From contig NC_043021.1 of assembly GCF_006345805.1 (NCBI RefSeq), positions 9,300,001 to 9,364,000 of the forward strand: DNA of 64,000 nt, given 5' to 3'. The notes under the pieces were generated by a model. It did not search any database. It worked only from the letters and a program-made list of their open reading frames with translations, and was not told the origin of the DNA. This stretch comes from Octopus sinensis (Eukaryota). The translations under genes were made by a program, and so were the position numbers. Below, piece by piece: positions 33,900 through 45,264 of this stretch. The stretch's first letter is position 1, and every line of letters begins with the position of its first letter.

Positions 33900-34292
33900 C
33901 CCTTTTGATAGCAGCCTGGCTGAAACTGCTTCTGGCTCTGTAGTACAAATGTCTTGTTTTCATAAGTTTTGAATTAAAAATCTTCCACCAAACCTTAGTC
34001 ATAATGTTCCTGATACTAGCTTAATGGTAACTAAGTTATTTTACTAAATTCTTTGTTATATTTAACCCTTTTGATACCAACCTGGCTGAAACTGCCTCTG
34101 GCTCTGTAGTATAAATGTCTTGTTTTCATAAGTTCTGAATTAGAATTTTCCACCAAACCTTAGTCACAATTTATGTTCCTAACACAACACTAGCTGAATG
34201 ATAACTAAGTTATTTTACTAAATTCTTTGTTATATTTAAAATTAATTGAAAGAAACACAGAGCATCTCAATTGAAATATGGTAACAAAAGGG
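33900..34292 (-). mobile_element. piggyBac-type MITE, partial copy (33900-34061) plus full copy (34066-34292)
   Basis: TTAA at 33896, 34062 and 34293; same family as 19825-20045. Confidence 0.8.
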
Positions 34293-34299
34293 TTAAGTC

Positions 34300-34998
34300 T
34301 GGTACTTAATCTGTTGGTCACTTTAGCTGAACTGCTACATTATGGGGATGTAAACACACTATCACCGATTGCCAAGCAGTAGTGGGGACAAACACAAAGA
34401 CATAAGCACACACACACACACACACCATTCATATAACCACACATGTATGATAAGCTCTTTCAGATTCTGTCTACCAAACCCACTCACAAGGCTTTGGTCA
34501 GCCTGAGGCTATAATAGAAGACACTTGCCTAAGGTGTCAGGAAGTGGGAATGAACTCCGAACCACGTGGTTGGGAAGCAAGCTTCTTACCACACAGCCAC
34601 ACCTGCGCCTATATACATATGTAAACATATACATGACCTTTGTTTCACTATGCCCGGAGAGTATAACTGGAGGAAGAACAGGTTGGATAAAGTTCAAGGG
34701 GCTATTTTTATTTATTTACGCACCCTTTTCAAGCCTGGCTAGGCTCATGGGCCTGGTTTCTGCGGCATATGTGTGTCCCCCAGCTGGGCGGGACGCCAGT
34801 CCATCGCAGCGTTACCCAAGAAACAGGAAGATGAGTAAGAGAAAGTTGTGGCGAAAGAGTACAACAGGGGTTGCCACCACTCCCTGCCGGAGTCTCGTGG
34901 AGTTTTAGGTGTTTTCAATCAATAAACACACAGAACGCCCAGCCTGGGAATTGAAGCCGCGAGTCCACTGCCCTAACCACTGGGCCATTGCGTCCTCC
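34300..34998 (-). mobile_element. Diverged SINE A (34300-34610) and SINE D/F chimera (34720-34998)
   Basis: Family motifs. Confidence 0.7.
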
Positions 34999-35560
34999 AC
35001 ATATTACCAGTTTACAAAAGTGAAATAGCCATTTGTAGCGATCCCAAGTTGAGGGAAACCACTCACTATTTAGTACCCGATAAAAACTGATCTAGGATTA
35101 GAAGTGTTCCATTCGTGACCCTCCCATATTTCTAGTGGTCCTAAGATTGCACCATCCGGTGTCTCCACTTTTTTTTTTTTGTTTTAAGGTGGTAGGTGAT
35201 TTGAGGAGAGATTTCAGATCTTATTAATTTCTAGGGAAAACGAATGCGATTTTCCTTTTCAACATGCAAAACTACATCAGAACTATATTTGTTGAAAACA
35301 ATCTGGCGAAAATTCAGAAAAATTAAAACGGTTGGAAGAAATTTAACAAGATACGATTTGAGGGGGAGATTTCGTTGTTAATTCTAGTAAGTTGAAGGAT
35401 TACGGAGAAGCTCCCTCGTTGGCGAAGGTAAAGAATATACACATCACCCGTTTTCGGCGTTTAGGGTTAGGGTTAGCCCCAAAACGGTGGTGTGCGTATT
35501 CTTTACCTCCGCCCCTTCGTTATCTAAGGAGGAATTTTAAATGTTTCATATACATAGAAT

Positions 35561-35966
35561 GGATCTTTTTGGTTTGAACGGCCGTTTTAAAAAATAATTT
35601 CCACATAACTAAACACTTTTAAACTTCGTATACTGGTAGAATGTGTTTATAAAACATCGTTTTCTCTTGGCTTTATTGAGAAAATTCTATACTTTGTAAG
35701 ATATTTGTTGTTGTTTTTTCTGCAATTTCAACCAATCAATGACGTCTATTGAGGTGAAAATATTCTGTGCCGTATGAATATGTTCCTAGTTTAAGAAACA
35801 GATTGGGTTTATTTACATTTGTGAAGAAAAAAAGATACCCTTCCTCCACCCCTAACCCTAATCCTAAAACATTGAAATGCAATAGATCGATACTAGGGTC
35901 ATAATTATGGGTGACAATTTCATATGACACCGCCAGAAAAAATTGCCGTTCAAACCGAAAAGATCC
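35561..35966 (+). mobile_element. Full-length GGATC-ended MITE, 8-bp TSD, in the LENG1 upstream region
   Basis: TIRs ggatctttttggtttgaacggc / gccgttcaaaccgaaaagatcc; TSD catagaat / catggaat. Confidence 0.85.
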
Positions 35967-36064
35967 CATGGAATTATAGAATCTATGTAAATGAAATCAT
36001 AGGATGTATGTATAAACGGGATGGTTTATTTCGAATTTGCTTTCAGAAATGGAAATTAAGAGAA

Positions 36065-36201
36065 ATTGAAAACCGGAACGATCTATAAAAATACACCATT
36101 TGTAATTTTTTAACAGTGAAGAGTTCGTTGCCAACCGGAAGTGTTGCCAAGTGTTGTCAAACTTTCTTCGCGAAGTTTATTTTGATCAAATCTCGAGTAA
36201 A
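36065..36201 (+). promoter_or_regulatory. LENG1 proximal promoter / 5' UTR
   Basis: ETS-type ccggaagt near 36134 and CpG-containing ttcgcgaa immediately upstream of the ATG. Confidence 0.45.
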
Positions 36202-36224
36202 ATGAATATTTTACCCCATAAAAG
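36202..36224 (+). CDS. LENG1: LENG1 coding exon 1 (MNILPHK-S)
   Basis: ATG AAT ATT TTA CCC CAT AAA AG|GTAAAT; matches the conserved MNILPKKSWHV start of LENG1 (CIR/Cwc25-like N-terminus); phase 2 joins exon 2. Confidence 0.9.
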
Positions 36225-36416
36225 GTAAATAGCTTGTTTTTTTTTTTACCTTAATTAATCTTTTGTGACACATTAAAGGTATACGTATAAAAGAACGTTG
36301 ACAAAACTGAAAGCTTTTGGATAAAGCGAGAGCTTCGGGTTTTAATATTAAAAGATTATTGTGTGTCTATGTTTGTTGTAATTATGTGAAAAGTTGAAGG
36401 AATTAAATGGTTTCTT

Positions 36417-36836
36417 GGCAATCTTTCGTCTCTAGTAGACCTTTCCGTCGATTTCCGTAAAAAAATATTTTTTTTTTACATATGGGCTTGCGGGAACTTT
36501 TGAAGTAATATACATACATATACACATACACCGAGTAAAAAATTTCAGTTATCTCTTTCCTTCACACATTACTCTGTCTCTTCACACACACTAACAGAAG
36601 CACTTCACTTACACAACATACTGTCTGTCTCCCACACCCCATCAAACACACACACACACATGTACATCAATGCTTCCCCTGGACGGTAACTTCAAAAGAA
36701 CTTCCCTCGTCATAAAATCGCTTTCTCTTAGTCTCTTTCGCTCTCATTACTTCAAAAGTTCCCGCAAGCCCATATGTAAAAAAAAAATTTTTTTACGGAA
36801 ATCGACGGAAAGGTCTACTAGAGACGAAAGATTGCC
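36417..36836. mobile_element. Foldback/MITE with about 92-bp near-perfect TIRs in LENG1 intron 1
   Basis: Arms 36417-36509 and 36746-36836 are reverse complements. Confidence 0.85.
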
Positions 36837-37304
36837 GTTTTTTTTGTTGTTGTTGATTTTTTTAATAAATATATATATAGCAGTCCCTGTATGTCTTTCC
36901 GCTAATAATTTCTACTTCTAGAATTACTGTTTTTAGAACAACCGTCTTCAACTGAGTAAAAAAATATTGAAGAGGGGCCGGGGCTAATGCAGACAAACCG
37001 TTGCAGAATATAGAAATAATGGTCATAATTTAGGAGGTGAATTTATGTCGATATGTGGCAATTTGTGCATATTCTTTAACCAACAAAAATTTCGGTATCT
37101 TAATTATGCTGACTGTCTCGTACTGCACTTTAAACAGTGTAGTATTTCTCTTACCTGATGGCATATACGATGGGACGAGGCAAAAACTTGGTTAGCATCG
37201 AACCTTAATGCCATGGTTTGTTCTTGCGTAAGAAACATATTTAGCAAGTTCACGAACTGAAAGATAAACAAGTCATCCTGTCGCTCATTCGTTTTACGTG
37301 CATA

Positions 37305-37615
37305 TGTGGCGGTGCCTGGCTTAGTGGTTAGGATATTTGACTCATTGTCGGTAAGTATTGAGTTCGATTCCTGGCGGCGCGTTGTATCCTTGAGCAAGAC
37401 ACTTCACTTCACATTACTCCAGTTCACTCTGCTGGCAAAAATGAGTTAGTACCTGTTTTTCAAAAAGAGCCAGCCTTGTCACATCCTCTGTCATGCTGAA
37501 TCCCTCTTAGAACTACGACTATGTCTGTGGAGTACTCAGCCACTTGCACGTTACTTTCATGAGCAAGCCGTTCCGTTGATCGGATCAACTGGTACCGTCG
37601 TCGTCGTAACCGAAA
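37305..37615 (+). mobile_element. SINE family D, diverged
   Basis: Head gtggcggtgcctggcttagtggttagg, tail gttccgttgatcggatcaactgg...cgtcgtaacc. Confidence 0.7.
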
Positions 37616-37937
37616 CTGGAAAAATGAATTTCTTTAAATGCTGAAAGTTACTTACATCTGTGTATTTGTTTTTAGTAAATATTTCATTGACTGATATAGT
37701 TACAAATTTATTAGGTCCTTTTGTTTAATTAAGGATGAGAATATCATTTTAGAATAAGCATATGGTTTGTAGTGTTCCTTAAGGGGACAGCCTATCAGCA
37801 GGCTGACCTGAAACCCAGCTGTATTAAAACCTGTAGTGCCTATAAAGTCTGACTGGTCCTTTATTAAAATTTTTGTTATCTGTATTAAAACCGGTCTGTG
37901 GTACCTAAAATAAACCCAAACTGTGGTACCTATAATA

Positions 37938-38985
37938 AAATCAAACTGTGGTATGTATATTAAAACCTGGCTGCTGTAGAACTGAATTGTGGTACCTATT
38001 ATAATACACTTGGTACTTGTGTAAAATCAACTGTGGTATGTATATTAAAACCTGGCTGCTGTAGAACTGAATTGTGGTACCTATTATAATACACTTGGTA
38101 CTTGTATAAAATCAAACTGTGGTATGTATATTAAAACCTGGCTGCTGTAGAACTGAATTGTGGTACCTATTATAATACACTTGGTACTTGTATAAAATCA
38201 AACTGTGGTATGTATATTAAAACCTGGCTGCTGTAGAACTGAATTGTGGTACCTATTATAATACACTTGGTACTTGTATAAAATCAACTGTGGTATGTAT
38301 ATTAAAACCTGGCTGCTGTAGAACTGAATTGTGGTACCTATTATAATACACTTGGTACTTGTATAAAATCAAACTGTGGTATGTATATTAAAACCTGGCT
38401 GCTGTAGAACTGAATTGTGGTACCTATTATAATACCTTGGTACTTGTATAAAATCAAACTGTGGTATGTATATTAAAACCTGGCTGCTGTAGAACTGAAT
38501 TGTGGTACCTATTATAATACACTTGGTACTTGTATAAAATCAAACTGTGGTATGTATATTAAAACCTGGCTGCTGTAGAACTGAATTGTGGTACCTATTA
38601 TAATACACTTGGTACTTGTATAAAATCTAACTGTGGTATGTATATTAAAACCTGGCTGCTGTAGAACTGAATTGTGGTACCTATTATAATACACTTGGTA
38701 CTTGTATAAAATCAAACTGTGGTATGTATATTAAAACCTGGCTGCTGTAGAACTGAATTGTGGTACCTATTATAATACACTTGGTACTTGTATAAAATCT
38801 AACTGTGGTATGTATATTAAAACCTGGCTGCTGTAGAACTGAATTGTGGTACCTATTATAATACACTTGGTACTTGTATAAAATCTAACTGTGGTATGTA
38901 TATTAAAACCTGGCTGCTGTAGAACTGAATTGTGGTACCTATTATAATACACTTGGTACTTGTGTAAAATCTAACAGTGGTACCT
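37938..38985. repeat. 86-bp minisatellite, 12 near-identical units
   Basis: Unit aaatcaaactgtggtatgtatattaaaacctggctgctgtagaactgaattgtggtacctattataatacacttggtacttgtata. Confidence 0.95.
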
Positions 38986-39615
38986 GTCATCATCATCATC
39001 ATCATCATATAATGTGCACTTTCTATGCTGGCATGGGTTGGATGGCTTGAGAGGAACTGGCAAGGCCAGGGGTCACATTGGGTTCCATAGTCTGTTTTGG
39101 CATGGTTTCTACAGCTGGATGCTCTTCCTAACGCCAACCACTCCACAGAGTGTACTGGGTGGGTGCTTTTTACATGATACCATCACTAGTGTATTTACAT
39201 GGCACCAGCACCAGTGCTTTTTATGTGGAACCTTGGTTTTAGGATCACAATTCTGTTGTGGTGGGCAGGTTTTCTGGAGTACAGCCATGTATCAGATATC
39301 TTGGTCTTCCCTCCACATGGTACATTTATTAAAACCTAATTGTGGTACTTCTATTAGAACCTGAGTCGCAGTGGTACGTTCTTATTTCTTTACTGTCCAC
39401 AAGGGGCTACATACAGAGGGGGAAAAAAAACGGACAGACAAAGGGATTAAGTCAATTATATCAACCCCAGTGCGTAACTGGTATTTAATTTATTGACCCC
39501 AAAAAGATGAAAAGCAGAGTCGACCTTGGCGGAATTTGAACTCAGAATGTAGCGGCAGACGAAATACCGCTAAGCATTTCACCCAGCGTGCTAACGGTTC
39601 TGCCAGCTCGCTACC
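38986..39615 (-). mobile_element. Family C (38986-39230) and SINE B (39385-39615)
   Basis: Family motifs. Confidence 0.8.
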
Positions 39616-39704
39616 TTATCAATGGTACATTCTTGTTATATTGAAACCTGTCTGTGGTACCTTTTTGTATCCTAAATGACTGGTCCCTGTTTCTCTCTCT
39701 TCAG

Positions 39705-39804
39705 TTGGCATGTTCGAACCAAGAAGAACATTGAACGCGTGCGACGAGATGAAGAAAAAGCTGCCGAAGAAGAAAAAGAGAAGCAACGGAGGGTTGCTCT
39801 AGCT
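39705..39804 (+). CDS. LENG1: LENG1 coding exon 2 ([33 protein letters not shown])
   Basis: Pyrimidine tract plus CAG acceptor at 39702-39704, GTAAGT donor at 39805; conserved WHVR..N..RVRRDE motif. Confidence 0.93.
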
Positions 39805-40631
39805 GTAAGTATTAGGGTTATCTTAGTTTTGTTATTGTTTTAGTATATCTTATCACAACTCTGAACAGTTGTGATCAGAGACATTCCTAACATGACTATA
39901 CTATCTTTTATTTAAGCATAGTGTAGCCTTGGACACACCTGTAATAACAGACCTGTGGCAAAGGAGATGTTGGTTAATGCAGGGTCCCTATTTGAATTAG
40001 TGCCTGTCAGAAGGCTTGTAACATTTAAATATGTGTTTGCATAAAAGGCACAATAAAATACCAGGAGACAATGTTCCCTCTTGGTTAACAAACCTGAGAA
40101 TTTATTCTGGTGCAATCAAGATATTACCGGAGCTTTACAGGTAAGCCTTCCCGATAATCGGGAAGGAATCAAGTGTTTATTCATTAATAATTGTTCAATC
40201 TGTGTATCGTAGATATCAGCCTTCCCGTCAATCGGGAGCAGTAAACAAATGTTTATTCCTTAGTATTTTCCCATGGGTTGGAAAAAAAAAATCAGTGCAT
40301 TAAAGTAGAAGTCCTTCCGTCGATGAGTGCTAATTTCTGATCAAAGTCCTGCCAGGCCGAAGCTCATCTAACCTGCTTACCGTGTCCAGTCTACTCGACT
40401 ACTGGCCTTTCTTTTTAAAACTCGCGCTTCACTGCCCGGGCTGCATGTATCCTAACCCTAACTCTAACACACACATCGCCTGGTCTGAGATTCGAACCCG
40501 CGATCCCTCAAACGTGAGCCCACTGCTCTAACCACTAGGCCATGTATCTCCACACACACACACACACATAATCTCCTATATATATATATATATATATATA
40601 ATAATCTCCATAATATTTTCATGTTTATCAG

Positions 40632-40769
40632 GAACAAGAGGCAAGGACTGAAATTTTACGAGCAAAAGTACGACAAAAGGGTATTGAAGAAAATCCAGAG
40701 AACACAGTTTCTGAAGCTGTACCAGGACAGAGACACATCAACTTTTTCTCTGCCATACAAAATGAAGAG
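40632..40769 (+). CDS. LENG1: LENG1 coding exon 3 (EQEARTEILRAK...HINFFSAIQNEE)
   Basis: CAG acceptor, GTATGT donor, 138 nt phase 0-0; EQEARTE.LR matches LENG1. Confidence 0.9.
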
Positions 40770-40796
40770 GTATGTTTACAAAAATATTTTTCTCGG

Positions 40797-40943
40797 GGTG
40801 GTTGGCATTAGGAAGGGCATTCAGCTGTAGAAACTCTGCCAGATCAAGATTGGAGCCTGGTGCAGCCATCTGGGTCGCCAGTCCTCAGTCAAATCGTCCA
40901 ACCCATGCTAGCAAGGAAAGCAGACATTAAACAATGATGATGA

Positions 40944-40980
<37 letters not shown>

Positions 40981-41517
40981 GTTCACTCTATAAGGTGGTT
41001 GGTTTTAGGAAGGGCATCCAGCTGTAGAAACTCTGCCAGATCAGACTGGAGCCTGGTGCAGCCATCTGGGTCGCCAGTCCTCAGTCAAATCGTCCAACCC
41101 ATGCTAGCAAGGAAAGCAGACATTAAACAATGATGATGATGATATATATATATATATATATATATAGATATATATATTTATAGTTCACTCTATAAGGTGG
41201 TTGGTTTTAGGAAGGGCATCCAACTGTAGAAACTCTGCCAGATCAGATTGGAGCCTGGTGCAGCCATCTGGTTAGCCAGTCCTCAGTCAAATCGTCCAAC
41301 CCATGCTAGCATGGAAAGCAGCCGTTAAACGATGATGATATATAGATATATATATATTTATAGTTCACTCTATAAGGTGGCTGGTTTTAGGAAGGGCATC
41401 CAGCTGTAAAGACCCTGTCAAAACAGACAGTGAAGCCTGGTGCAGTCTTCTGCTTAGCCAGCCCCTGTCAAACCATCCAACCCATGCCAACCAGACTTTA
41501 AATGATGATGATGATGA
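40797..41517 (+). repeat. Tandem array of about 190-bp family C 3' fragments (3 similar units plus 1 diverged)
   Basis: Repeating aggaagggcat.cagctgtagaaactctgccagatc...gatgatgat(at)n...tttatagttcactctataa. Confidence 0.88.
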
Positions 41518-41651
41518 CCTTATTGTTCTGGGTTCAAATCTTACCAGGATCATTGTGATTGTGGTGTATGTGTGTGGTAGTTTATTTATTTTGGTTTGCT
41601 GCTGGAATTTTGGTCCATCAGTTAACGTTTATTGATTGTTGTTTGTTGCAG

Positions 41652-41769
41652 GAATCCAGTAATAGGAAAAACAAAGAACATGAAGCTGAGGAGAAGAGCA
41701 AGAAAGAGGAATGGGAGAAGAAAATCGGTTTGCTCACCTACCTTGGTCAAAGTGCTGTGGAGTCTCAGA
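41652..41769 (+). CDS. LENG1: LENG1 coding exon 4 (ESSNRKNKEHE...KIGLLTYLGQSAVESQ)
   Basis: TTGCAG acceptor, GTAAGA donor; G.LTYLGQSA.E.Q motif of LENG1. Confidence 0.92.
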
Positions 41770-41999
41770 GTAAGACACTTTCGACTCTCCCCTAACTTGT
41801 GGGTTCTGGTTAGAGGGTGGAATGCTCTGTTCTATGCCAAATATACATTATACATTTTGCTGTTCACCTCCTTGTTCTTTAAACCCTTCGTACCCCTCCA
41901 ACTCTCCATCACCCTATTTTTGTCTTCTGTCTTTTACTTGTTTCAGTCATTAGACTGTGGCCATGCTGGGGCACTGCCTTGAAGAATTTTTAGTCGAAT

Positions 42000-43200
42000 G
42001 AATTGTGGCCGTTGCCAGCCTTGTCTGGTCTCTGTGCCAGTGGCACGTAAAAAGCACCATCTGATCGTGGCCGTTTGCCAGCCTCGCCTCGGCCCCGTGC
42101 CGGTGGCACGTAAAAAGCACCATCCGACTGCGGCCGTTTGCCAGCCTCGTCTGGCACATAAAAAGCACCCACTACACTCACAGAGTGGTTGGTGTTAGGA
42201 AGGGCATCCAGCCGTAGAAACACTGCCAGATCAGACTGGGCCTGGTGCAGCCTTCTGGCTCCCCAGACCCCAGTTGAACCGTCCAACCCATGCTAGCATG
42301 GAAAGCGGACGTCAAACGATGATGATGATGAATTCTTTAGAACTAGCAAACATTTATTTACAATCATTTCTGTTTTACCAATGCATTGGTTCATTAAGCC
42401 CCTCATTCATTAATTCTTGTATCTACTTCTGCAGCCGTACCACCTTGGTATCTTGACAAGAAACTTAAGAAGCAGGAAGCAATATGGTAAGTCAGATGTT
42501 TTGTAATATTGCACTCTAATATAGTGTTAACCAATTGCAAACCACTTCCTGTCCTCTTCATTGCCTAGTACTTATTCTAGTACAGAACCACCAAGTTACA
42601 GGGGTGTAAATGCATGAGCATCAGTTGTCAAGTGATGTGGGGAGGGGACAAACACAGACAAACATATACTCACACACACATACACAACGGACTTCTTTAA
42701 TTTTTTGTCTACCAAATCCACTCACAAAGCTTTGGTTAGCTCGAGGCCAGTGACACGTAAAAGGCACCCTTTCTAGTTACACATTAAAGGGCACCTGTGC
42801 TGGTGACACGTTAAAGGCAAAGGTATACTCTGTGGGGTGGTTGACATTGGGAAGGGCATCCAGCCATAGAAACCAAGCCAAATCAGACTGGAGCCTGGTG
42901 CAGCTCCCCAGCCTACCAATTCCACTCAAGCCATCTAACCCATGCCAGCATGGAAAACAGACACTAAATGACGATGATGACATCATTGAAATCTAGAAGC
43001 TACAAGATAATGGGTGATTAATTTAACACAATGTAGGCACGGGCATGGCTGTGTGGTTAGGGAGCTTGCTTCCTAGCTACATGGTTTCGGGTTCAGTCCC
43101 ACTGCGTGGCACTTTGGGTAGGTGTCTTCCACTATAGCCCCGAGCCGACCGGAGCTTTGTGATTGAATTCAGTAGGTGGAAGTTACTGCCGTGTGTGTAT
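42000..43200 (+). mobile_element. Family C copies (42000-42330, 42750-42980) and SINE A fragments
   Basis: Family motifs in LENG1 introns 4-5. Confidence 0.75.
42435..42486 (+). CDS. LENG1: LENG1 coding exon 5 (TVPPWYLDKKLKKQEAI)
   Basis: CTGCAG acceptor, GTAAGT donor, phases 1-2 consistent with neighbours; PPWY motif. Confidence 0.88.
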
Positions 43201-43393
43201 GTGTGCGTATAGCTGCTCAGTGCCTCTCCGAAAGAGAGAGAGAGGGAATGTGAAATAATAGGTAATACATTTGACAAAGAAATCTGTGTGCTAAGGGATT
43301 AACATTTTAAACGCTCTGGCAGTTCCTTCTGCAGTGATGTTTAGAATCTTAAAATTTTCAGTCAATTGAATATTTGGTTTGTTTTGTTTTCAG

Positions 43394-43484
43394 TTCAGAC
43401 AAAAAACAGAAGCTTAGTGATTTAGCCGACCCATTACACGAAATGGAGAAATACTTGAAACACAAACATCACAAGAAGCACAAG
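43394..43484 (+). CDS. LENG1: LENG1 coding exon 6 (SDKKQKLSDLADPLHEMEKYLKHKHHKKHK)
   Basis: TTTTCAG acceptor, GTGAGT donor; DPL.EM.K.L motif. Confidence 0.9.
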
Positions 43485-43506
43485 GTGAGTGCATTTATAT
43501 ATTGTG

Positions 43507-44113
43507 GGAAGCACTCCGTCGGTTACGACGATGAGGGTTCCAGTTGATCCGATCAACGGAACAGCCTGCTCGCATTTCGCCCGGCGTGCTAAAGTTTTTG
43601 CCAGCTCGTGTGTGTACATGCTTGCTGCATACATACATAGTTTATTCATAGCAGTCATGGGGAAATGACAGTGGGCTGACCTATGCAAATTATCTAGGCC
43701 ATCAATGTGTTCTATTTTTTCTATAAGGAAGCACTCCGTCGGTTACGACGACGAGGGTTCCAGTTGATCCGAATCAACGGAACAGCCTGCTCGTGAAATT
43801 AACGTGTAAGTGGCTGAGCACTCCACAGACACGTGTACCCTTAACGTAGTTCTCGGGGATATTCAGCGTGACACAGAGAGTGACAAGGCCGGCCCTTTTG
43901 AAATACAAGGTACAACAGAAACAGGAAGTAAGAGTGAGAGAAAGTTGTGGTGAAAGAGTACAGCAGGGATCACCACCATCCCCTGCCGGAGCCTCGTGGA
44001 GCTTTTAGGTGTTTGCGCTCAATAAACACTCACAACGCCCGGTCTGGGAATCGAAACCGCGACACTACGACCGCGAGTCCGCTGCCCTAACCACTGGGCC
44101 ATTGCGCCTCCAC
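43507..44113 (-). mobile_element. SINE family D, full length (43727-44113), with chimeric 3' extension (43507-43725)
   Basis: Minus head gtggaggcgcaatggcccagtggttagggcagcgg...ggtttcgattccc; tail duplicated around a 155-bp foreign segment. Confidence 0.88.
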
Positions 44114-44474
44114 TTTATATATTGTACTAGCACTACAACCCGGCGTTGCCTGGTCTAGTGCTAGTGCTTGTTGTTCATTGCCGGGTCGCAGTAAAAATTT
44201 CTCACTAAATGAAGAGCTAAGTTTCTTATCACATTTCTGCCCGGGCTACTTACCACACAGCCATTGTGGAATTTCTTTTGACACTTACATTCTGAGTTCA
44301 AATTCCACTGGGGTTGATTTTGCCACTTATCCTTTTGGGATTGTACCAGTTCAATACTGGGGTTTATATAATCGGTTAGAGTCCCTTCTCCAGATTTCAG
44401 GTCTTGTGTATATAGTAGAGAGAATTATTATTAATTCAACTCAGAAATTTAAATAAGAGAATTCCTTTATTTAT

Positions 44475-44679
44475 TTACTCTTTTACTTGTTTCAGTCTTT
44501 TGACTGCGGCCATGCTGGAGCACCGCCTTTAGTCGAACAAATCGACCCTGGGACTTATTCTTTTGTAAGCCCAGTACTTATTCTATCGGTCTCTTTTGCC
44601 AAACCGCTGAGTGACGGGGACGTAAACACACCAGCATCGGTTGTCAACCAATGCTAGGGGGACAAACACAGACACACAA

Positions 44680-44732
<53 letters not shown>

Positions 44733-44895
44733 TACGACAGGCTTCTTTCAGTTTCCGTCTACCAAATCCACTCACAAGGCATTGGTCGGCCCGGGGCTAT
44801 AGCAGAAGACACTTTCCCAAGGTGCCACGCAGTGGGACTGAACCTGGAACCATGTGGTTGGTTAGCAAGCTACTTACCACACAGCCACTCCTGTG
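44475..44895 (-). mobile_element. SINE family A, full length
   Basis: Reverse complement of the A consensus. Confidence 0.9.
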
Positions 44896-44963
44896 CCTAT
44901 ATTTATTTATTTTTTGCTAAAATAAAGGATCAAATGTTTCACACTTTTGTTTATATTTTGCAG

Positions 44964-45224
44964 CATGACAAGAAGAAAAACAAGAAAAGCAAGACGAAAT
45001 CATCATCATCATCATCCTCGAAATCTTCTTTAGAACAGCTCCGAGCGGAACGCCTACGAAGGGAGAACAAAGAGAAGGAGAAAGCTAAAATGTTGTTTGC
45101 TAAGATGAACAAGGGATCAGTCCCCGAAAAGAGCAGTGAGACTATCGTTGACCCCGACAGAGACAGACGATACAGTAGCCAATATAACCCTTCTTTTGCA
45201 CGGCAGAATAAACCCAGGAACTAA
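44964..45224 (+). CDS. LENG1: LENG1 terminal coding exon 7
   Basis: TTTGCAG acceptor; SLEQLRAERLRRE and RRYSSQYNPSFAR motifs; TAA at 45222-45224. Spliced total 783 nt = 260 aa. Confidence 0.93.
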   Translation, partial: HDKKKNKKSKTKSSSSSSSKSSLEQLRAERLRRENKEKEKAKMLFAKMNKGSVPEKSSETIVDPDRDRRYSSQYNPSFARQNKPRN

Positions 45225-45264
45225 CGGCAGTGGTGGTGGTCGTTTAACCAACCAGATCAGCCCC

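Noticed and set aside
35455-35480. Telomere-like ttagggttagggttag (also cctaacc runs near 7095, 35850 and 40450)
   Set aside because: Only 2-3 units, embedded in dispersed repeats; not an interstitial telomere array.
37938-38985. CRISPR-like regular array
   Set aside because: Units are identical end to end with no unique spacers, there are no cas genes, and the context is eukaryotic; it is a minisatellite. The repeated 60-aa ORFs are by-products.
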